Source: Silvanigrellaceae bacterium (GTDB lineage: Bacteria; Bdellovibrionota_B; Oligoflexia; Silvanigrellales; Silvanigrellaceae). Taken from it: DNA of 32,136 nucleotides. Shown one piece after another: positions 26,574 to 32,136 of the stretch; positions within the stretch are counted from its first letter, which is position 1; each line of letters begins with the position of its first letter. A program made the position numbers and the translations under genes. The notes beneath the pieces were generated by a model. The model did no database searches. It saw only the letters and a list, made by a program, of their open reading frames with translations, and was not told the DNA's origin. Location: the NCBI GenBank assembly GCA_049423385.1, contig JBMSQQ010000035.1, positions 1-32,136 of the forward strand, in the 5' to 3' direction.

Positions 26574-27716
26574 ATGTCGGTGAGAAGCTTTTCATCAATG
26601 TCTGCGATTGCCGTTGTTGCAGCAGCCGGATTTTGTCAGCAGGCTTTTGCGGAGTGCAAGGACCTGGTTCTGCGCATGCAGGACACCAGCGGCAAGACCG
26701 CAGGTCGCGAAATCACAATGTTCTTGAATTGTCATGAAGGTTCATATCTGATTCCCTCTTCTTCCACGATCAATGTTTTTGAATGGAAGGGCGGTCGCTT
26801 GTGCCATGGACATCGTGTCTGCGGAAACGCCAAGTACTGGAATGGTCATTTTGGAGTTGGAGGGGTCTGGGCCTGGGGCAATTCCCTGACGGATTTCAGT
26901 TCAAACACACGGGTTGTGAATCATTTCAAGAAACTTGCCGATGGCTCACCAGGCGGGCGGGGAGGAGATGCCACGAGTGTTGCCAATTCGTCGCCAAGCA
27001 ACAAACAGATTTGTGTGAATTCATCTGATCAGGACGTCAAGGTGTTCCGGCTGTCGTCCATCGACAGTCGCAACAGCAATGGAGCGGTTTCGGCTGATGG
27101 CACTGCCACCGGCAATGGTGGTCCTGCAGGCGTGTTTCAACTCGCAAACGCGACGAATGATCAGGATGCCTTGTGCGTTGACAAAGTGCAGGTGAATGCC
27201 ATCTGGAATAATCGCAATATCCGCATCAACAGCGGTGATTACCCAAGCGTTGCCTCTGCTGTGGGTGGTGAGCTTGGAGACGGCGTCCGTGATCAGATGG
27301 AAGACGAGCTTCGCAAAGATGGAAGATGGATGTGCTTCCAAAAAAGCGACATCAACCAATCCTTGAATGGTCGAGCCAATGGTGGACAAGGCCCGGTTGC
27401 AAACGGTGGCGCTGCCATCGGTGGATACAATTATTCGCCCATCACCGATATCTTCACGGCCGGAAACCTGCAGACAACGCAGACCTGTGCGCAGGACGTT
27501 GCTTCCCAGATTTCTGCGCCTGCAACAGCAATTGCCGTGGGTGGACAAGGTGGCAACGGATACTCGCCGGTCTTTGGTAAAAAGAGCGGAACAAGTTCAA
27601 CCACGGGAAGTATCGATACAGACTACAATGACCATGCCCTGCAGGTCGATTTTGCACTCGATTTTGGACAAATCGAACGCTATTGCACGCCGATTCGTGA
27701 AGAAAGCTGTTTTTGA
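26574..27716 (+). CDS. Secreted Cys/Gly-rich hypothetical protein
   Basis: AAGGAGG SD; signal peptide ending QQAFA; about 10 Cys; recurring GGxGG/NGG segments. Confidence 0.75.
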   Translation: MSVRSFSSMSAIAVVAAAGFCQQAFAECKDLVLRMQDTSGKTAGREITMFLNCHEGSYLIPSSSTINVFEWKGGRLCHGHRVCGNAKYWNGHFGVGGVWAWGNSLTDFSSNTRVVNHFKKLADGSPGGRGGDATSVANSSPSNKQICVNSSDQDVKVFRLSSIDSRNSNGAVSADGTATGNGGPAGVFQLANATNDQDALCVDKVQVNAIWNNRNIRINSGDYPSVASAVGGELGDGVRDQMEDELRKDGRWMCFQKSDINQSLNGRANGGQGPVANGGAAIGGYNYSPITDIFTAGNLQTTQTCAQDVASQISAPATAIAVGGQGGNGYSPVFGKKSGTSSTTGSIDTDYNDHALQVDFALDFGQIERYCTPIREESCF

Positions 27717-27728
27717 AACGACGGGTCC

Positions 27729-27759
27729 CAATTGTTGAGGCGTTGAGCCTCGACAATTG
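27729..27759. terminator. Hairpin between convergent genes (possible bidirectional terminator/stabiliser)
   Basis: CAATTGTTGAGGC-GTTGA-GCCTCGACAATTG 13-bp stem with one G:U; no long U tract. Confidence 0.5.
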
Positions 27760-27768
27760 CGCTTGAGT

Positions 27769-28731
27769 TCAATTCAGCGACGCGGCGATGTGGTTGCCAA
27801 CGTGGGCGCCGCTCAGGAGCGCCCCCTCCACACCGCCGCCGTGGCACGCATCACCAACGTAATAAAGACCACAAGCATCGTCGATCAACGCAGGCGTGTT
27901 GAGTGCTGCGCTCACCTGGCTGTAGCGCCAGCGATGAACGGTTGCGTGCACGACTTGTAGATGTGATGAGGAGGACAAGCGCAATGCTTCCTCCAGCATG
28001 GCATTTTGAACCATGCTGCTTTCTGATTCGAGATGTTTCAAGCTCCATTCAGCTGATGCTTGTGCGACCCATGAGGCGATTCCTTTCGGCACAATTCGGC
28101 CTGGTTTTGTATTCTGCAGGACCAGCGATGAGATGATTGAACCGGAAGCGGGATGATTTTGGAAGGTGTCTGTTTTGGTGCTGAACATCAGAGCCCAGCA
28201 GGGGACGTATTGGATCGCATTCAAATCAGACAGCCAACTGCATTTGTTGGTGTTCAGAATTTTGAGGGCTTGAGGGGCAGGGGCACTGACAATCACCTTG
28301 TCGAAGGGACCAAAGATTTCTGTTTTTTCGATGTCGGACTTGATTTTTGTTTGCACGAACCAGGAACCGTCTTGCCTTTCCAGGGATTGCACTTCAACTC
28401 CAAATTGAATTGCCGTGGTGCCAAACAAATCTTTCACCAGGCGAGGCATGTCCGGACAAGATGTGAACCCTTGCTCAGTGGATTCGATGATGTTGCGTTT
28501 CTGCAGACCCAGGCAGATTGGGTTTTGGTCGATGGATGTCAACTTGAAAAAAGGAGCACCGTGGTCGTAGCGCAGTTCAATGGCCCCGGGTTCCAGGGTT
28601 ACCCTTCGTGTTGCAAGTCGGCCTCCCGCTCCCCGGGCCTTCTCGAAAACCGAAAAGTCGGCCCCGCGCGAACGCAGGACCGAGACGCAGGCTGCGCCTG
28701 CTGCACCAGCACCTATGAGGGCAATCTTCAT
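27769..28731 (-). CDS. Renalase-like FAD/NAD(P)-dependent oxidoreductase
   Basis: KIALIGAGAAG, FEKARGAGGRLATRR, DHGAPFF, PAPQA, HRWRYS, GDACHGGGVEGALLSG; GGAGG SD. Confidence 0.9.
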   Translation of the reverse strand: MKIALIGAGAAGAACVSVLRSRGADFSVFEKARGAGGRLATRRVTLEPGAIELRYDHGAPFFKLTSIDQNPICLGLQKRNIIESTEQGFTSCPDMPRLVKDLFGTTAIQFGVEVQSLERQDGSWFVQTKIKSDIEKTEIFGPFDKVIVSAPAPQALKILNTNKCSWLSDLNAIQYVPCWALMFSTKTDTFQNHPASGSIISSLVLQNTKPGRIVPKGIASWVAQASAEWSLKHLESESSMVQNAMLEEALRLSSSSHLQVVHATVHRWRYSQVSAALNTPALIDDACGLYYVGDACHGGGVEGALLSGAHVGNHIAASLN

Positions 28732-28790
28732 TTCACGTCCTCCTGCGGCCATTGTCGGACCAGGAGGCGTATTTGTCACGTTGAGGTCAA

Positions 28791-29711
28791 TCAGCCAAGC
28801 AATCTCAATGCGAGTTGCGGAGTTTGATTTGCCTGAGACAGCACGGCAACTCCGGACTGCTTGAGGATATTTGTCTGGGTGAGTCTGGCGCTTTCGTCTG
28901 CAAAGTCCGTGTCGCGAATGCGGCTGTTCGCTGCATTTGCATTTTCGGCCTGGACGGACAGGTTCGACATCGCCGAGTTCAACCGGTTCTGCAAGGCGCC
29001 AAGGGTTGAGCGGTAACCCGAAACCTTGGTGATGGCCTGATCGAGCCTGTCGATCGATTCCTGGGCGGAAGCCTTGTTGCTCACGTGAGCGCCTTCTTCT
29101 GCAGCCGCACCAAGATTGAGTCCGTTTTCACCAACGGTCGAGTTGATGTCCTGGAGATCAATCCGCAACACGTTGATGGGAGCTGCTTGATCCTTGGAGT
29201 CCAAGCTTGAGAAATAATTCTTGCCAATCTGGATTTCCAGCGGATACGCGTTGCTGCGTGCCTTGAGATTTTCGTCGGCACCATCGAGATCACCGCCAAT
29301 CAGCAGCGTGCCGTTGTATTCCGTGGACTGCGAGATACGCGTGATTTCATTTTTGAGCTGTGAGAATTCCTTGTTGAGGAATCCGCGTTCGGTGTCGCCA
29401 ACAGTGTCGGACGAACCCTGGACTGCAAGTTCACGGAGTCGGCTGAGAATGTTTCCCACTTCATTCAAACCACCTTCTGCAGTTTGAATGAGCGACACAC
29501 CGTCACTGGCGTTTCTGCGTGCCATGTTGATTCCGCGGATGTCGGCTTTCAATTTTTCTGAAATCGCGAGACCGGCAGAGTCATCTGCTGCCTTGTTGAT
29601 TCTGAAGCCGGACGCAAGCTTTTCCATGCTTGCACTGTTGGCATCCGAAGTCGCGTTCAGATTTCTCTGAGCCGTGAGTGATTGAACATTGCTGGCGATG
29701 CGCAAACCCAT
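28791..29711 (-). CDS. fliC: Flagellin
   Basis: MGLRIASN, KLASGFRINKAADDSAGLAISE, QTAEGGL, RLRELAVQ, LGALQNRL, SRIRDTDFA, LSQANQ. Confidence 0.97.
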   Translation of the reverse strand: MGLRIASNVQSLTAQRNLNATSDANSASMEKLASGFRINKAADDSAGLAISEKLKADIRGINMARRNASDGVSLIQTAEGGLNEVGNILSRLRELAVQGSSDTVGDTERGFLNKEFSQLKNEITRISQSTEYNGTLLIGGDLDGADENLKARSNAYPLEIQIGKNYFSSLDSKDQAAPINVLRIDLQDINSTVGENGLNLGAAAEEGAHVSNKASAQESIDRLDQAITKVSGYRSTLGALQNRLNSAMSNLSVQAENANAANSRIRDTDFADESARLTQTNILKQSGVAVLSQANQTPQLALRLLG

Positions 29712-29805
29712 GAGCGATTCCTCCATGAATCCTTAAATGAACATTTGCCCTCAAGCCCACAGCCGGCAGTCCCATCCACCGAGTGCTGCAGAACTTTCAC
29801 CGTAC

Positions 29806-29832
29806 TGTTCGGGGTTCACGCGGCAGTCTTTA
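29806..29832 (-). promoter_or_regulatory. Putative sigma28 (FliA) promoter of flagellin
   Basis: Minus strand TAAA-N15-CCCGAACA versus consensus TAAA-N15-GCCGATAA, about 95 bp upstream of the start. Confidence 0.6.
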
Positions 29833-29990
29833 GCCAGGTCGACAGAGATTTTTTTCAAATTGCTGAAATAATGGGAGTAAAAAATTTTTCAGGGAGGAAA
29901 ATTATTCCTCGAAATCCTTGTCCTGCATGATAAAAATCACCAATAAATAATTTACGGATTGGTAAATAATTAAAAATAAATTTGGAATTT

Positions 29991-30953
29991 TCAGGGTTTG
30001 CAGATCCGGTTTTTTGCGGTTGTGAATTCATCAACCAATGTGGATATCAACGTCTGGCAGGTTGGAATTGATTTGACGTTGGAAACGATTTGCCCAATCT
30101 CGAGTTCACCGTCACGTACGTCACCTTCCAGCATGCCCGCTTTCGCCCTGCCTTTGCCGAGGATTTGCGTTAGTTTTTCCGCATCGGCGCATTGTTCTTC
30201 AGCGACTTTGATTCTGTCGCTGAAATCATTGTGGAGCAATCGAACCGGAACCAGTTTCTTCATGCGTAGAAAAGTGGAGTTGTTTCCTGCAGCAATCATC
30301 GCCTGCTTGAAGTCCGGATGCGCCGAACTTTCCTGGGTTGCCGCAAACAAGGTACCAATCTGAACGGCATCCGCGCCCATGGCCAATGCTGCAGCAATGG
30401 CAGAGCCTGACCCGATACCGCCAGCGACGATGAGGGGAATATTCAATTTTCCTTGAAGTTGTTGCAGAAGCACAAGTGTGGTGAGTTCGTCACGACCATT
30501 GTGGCCACCCGCCTCAAAACCTTCAACGACCACAGCATCGACGCCGGCATCCTGGCACTTCAAAGCAAGTTCCGGGGTACTGGCAACGTGAACCACAGTT
30601 GCCCCTTGGGATTTCAGCCAGGGAGTGTGGGTTTTGGGTGATCCTGCGCTTGTAAAGAAAATCTTCACATCCTCTTCGAGCGCGGTTTGAAGCTGGGCTT
30701 GTGTGTCTTTATAAAGGAGCGGCACGTTGATGCCGAACTTCCGCGATGTGAGTGACTTGGCTTTGCGGATGTGGTGCTGAAGCAAATCGGGTTTCATTGA
30801 ACCCGCTCCAATCAGGCCCAAGGCACCGGCGTTTGCGACAGCCGCCGCAAGTTTTCCACCGCTGACCCAAACCATTCCACCTTGAACGATGGGATGTTCA
30901 GTTTCAAAAAGTTCGAAAAATCTGGTTTTTGGCCAAACGTTCGAGAGGGTCAT
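29991..30953 (-). CDS. Nitronate monooxygenase / enoyl-ACP reductase II (FabK-like) flavoprotein
   Basis: PIVQGGMVWVS, LAAAVANAGALG, EGFEAGGHNG, AGGIG, GADAVQIGT, ESSAH, ELEIGQ. Confidence 0.92.
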   Translation of the reverse strand: MTLSNVWPKTRFFELFETEHPIVQGGMVWVSGGKLAAAVANAGALGLIGAGSMKPDLLQHHIRKAKSLTSRKFGINVPLLYKDTQAQLQTALEEDVKIFFTSAGSPKTHTPWLKSQGATVVHVASTPELALKCQDAGVDAVVVEGFEAGGHNGRDELTTLVLLQQLQGKLNIPLIVAGGIGSGSAIAAALAMGADAVQIGTLFAATQESSAHPDFKQAMIAAGNNSTFLRMKKLVPVRLLHNDFSDRIKVAEEQCADAEKLTQILGKGRAKAGMLEGDVRDGELEIGQIVSNVKSIPTCQTLISTLVDEFTTAKNRICKP

Positions 30954-31135
30954 GGGCGGTTTTTTCCTTTTTCCTTCTCTTTTTCCTGTTTCTCGACTGC
31001 GCGTCTTTCCACTTCCTGCTGCAGGGGGCTTTGGGGTGTGTCGAGGAGGGGCGAGGGAGCCACCTTGACTCCGCATGCCGACAGCAAACCAAGACTGAAG
31101 CCAGCGATGAAAGAGCGGGAGCGATTCTCAATCAT
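30950..31135 (-). CDS. Small lipoprotein (LptM/YifL-like LPAM_2)
   Basis: 61 aa; lipobox LLSAC followed by GVKVAP; fills the gap exactly (3 bp after the ECH stop, ATGA overlap with NMO). Confidence 0.7.
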   Translation of the reverse strand: MIENRSRSFIAGFSLGLLSACGVKVAPSPLLDTPQSPLQQEVERRAVEKQEKEKEKGKNRP

Positions 31136-31138
31136 GGG

Positions 31139-32005
31139 TCATTTGTCTTTCTTTTTTTCTGATCTGGTTTGCAGATAATCCTGGATTCTGTCCTTGTGAA
31201 CAGACTCAAGCCAATATTGCCCGAATAGATTTTTATCAAATTCCTCGAGTTTGTCAGCCTGAAGGTTGGGGCGATCGACAATGAGTGCTCTTTTGAGCGG
31301 ATCAGGACAACGTGACAAGCGCTCAACGAAACTTTCGAGCCAGCGATTGCAAGCGTCATCCGGTGATGAGGCATTTTCAAAACGCCCATCTATCAATTGT
31401 CGGTTGATCAAGTCTTCAAGTCCCAGGCTTTCCTGGGATGCCATGGCAATGCCTCTGCGTCGCTCGTTCGTGAATATTCCTTTTCGGGAAAGATCGGTCA
31501 TCATTCCCCAGCCCGCCGGAACCCCCCAATGGGTTTGTGCAAATTGGATTTGAACCTTGTCGGAAAGTGAAAACCGCAGGTCGGTGGCCAAGGCAATTTC
31601 AGCACCACCTCCTGCAGCAATTCCGTTGAGCAGCGCGACTGTGACAAAGGGTGCGGTGCGCAACATTTCGGTGAAAATTCGCATCTGGTTGGTGAATCTT
31701 TCGCCTTCCGGGGGTGTCATGGAAGCCAGTTCGTAAAGATTCCCTCCGGACAAAAAAACTCCCTCACAATGTGAGCGCAATGCAAGAACGGCAGGAGTTT
31801 TTCCATCGAGACAATCGAGTACCGGGTGATGGCTGGATTTTCCGGTGATGGCATTGCCGAACTCGGAAAGGGACTCGGCGATTCCAGACGAAATTGCGTT
31901 TCGTGTTTTCTCAAGATGAAAATTCAGCGTGACAACCGTTTTTTCATTATTGAAGCTGAGCCAAAGTTGTTCCGGGATCAGGTTCACTCTGTCGTTTGAA
32001 GTCAT
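31139..32005 (-). CDS. Enoyl-CoA hydratase/isomerase (crotonase) family protein
   Basis: RNAIS, VFLSGGNL, VALLNGIAAGGGAEIALATDLR, FAQTHWGVPAGWG; GAGGA SD. Confidence 0.88.
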   Translation of the reverse strand: MTSNDRVNLIPEQLWLSFNNEKTVVTLNFHLEKTRNAISSGIAESLSEFGNAITGKSSHHPVLDCLDGKTPAVLALRSHCEGVFLSGGNLYELASMTPPEGERFTNQMRIFTEMLRTAPFVTVALLNGIAAGGGAEIALATDLRFSLSDKVQIQFAQTHWGVPAGWGMMTDLSRKGIFTNERRRGIAMASQESLGLEDLINRQLIDGRFENASSPDDACNRWLESFVERLSRCPDPLKRALIVDRPNLQADKLEEFDKNLFGQYWLESVHKDRIQDYLQTRSEKKKDK

Positions 32006-32013
32006 GTTGTTCC

Positions 32014-32136
32014 TCAATTGAATAAACCAGCGCGAATCAGGTGTTCCAGAAGACTGTCTGGCTGCATTTCCGTTACGCAGGTCGAAAGGAAAGCATCAAC
32101 TGTTCGCGTCTCCGGAATCGCCCCGAGGCATCCGTA
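32014..32136 (-). CDS. 3' end of an unidentified gene running off the window edge (partial)
   Basis: Open frame (...FLSTCVTEMQPDSLLEHLIRAGLFN*) whose stop overlaps the ECH SD; frame not certain. Confidence 0.35.
   Translation of the reverse strand, partial: YGCLGAIPETRTVDAFLSTCVTEMQPDSLLEHLIRAGLFN

Noticed and set aside
30954..31076. K/R/P-rich N-terminal extension of the NMO ORF
   Set aside because: Better explained as the overlapping frame of the 61-aa lipoprotein; true start is ATG 30953
1..32136. CRISPR arrays, IS elements, prophage or recognised defence genes
   Set aside because: No regularly spaced repeats, transposase, integrase, nuclease or phage structural motifs seen by eye

Overview
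Core chromosomal segment of a flagellated Gram-negative bacterium, probably Bdellovibrionota (Oligoflexia/Silvanigrellales-like). That assignment is inferred from the MGLRI-type flagellin, DUF507, the Cys-rich vWA lipoprotein and the many orphan lipoproteins. The first ~13 kb is mostly housekeeping: vWA lipoprotein-folK-fmt-lepB, an orphan helical protein, dnaE, DUF507, a TPR lipoprotein plus outer-membrane barrel pair, a gamma-carbonic anhydrase, a tandem YfbR-like HD protein and tRNA-Cys(GCA). From ~13 to 29 kb is a mixed block: SLC13-like permease, purT, a lipocalin-like lipoprotein, a polysaccharide deacetylase lipoprotein, a CxxCH secreted protein, a YbjT-like SDR, a trypsin-fold lipoprotein lacking the catalytic Ser, SRAP, pirin, cry-DASH, an O-methyltransferase, a Cys/Gly-rich secreted orphan and a renalase-like flavoprotein. 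The right end holds flagellin with a sigma28-like promoter, NMO/FabK, a small LptM-like lipoprotein and an enoyl-CoA hydratase. I saw no integrase, transposase, CRISPR array, intein or recognisable defence system. The best leads are pseudo-enzymes (a half-dead tandem HD nucleotidase and a Ser->Ala trypsin), a cry-DASH missing conserved tryptophans, a barrel/TPR-lipoprotein pair, a cluster of orphan secreted proteins and several RNA/DNA regulatory structures. All family calls come from motif recognition only; no database search was run.
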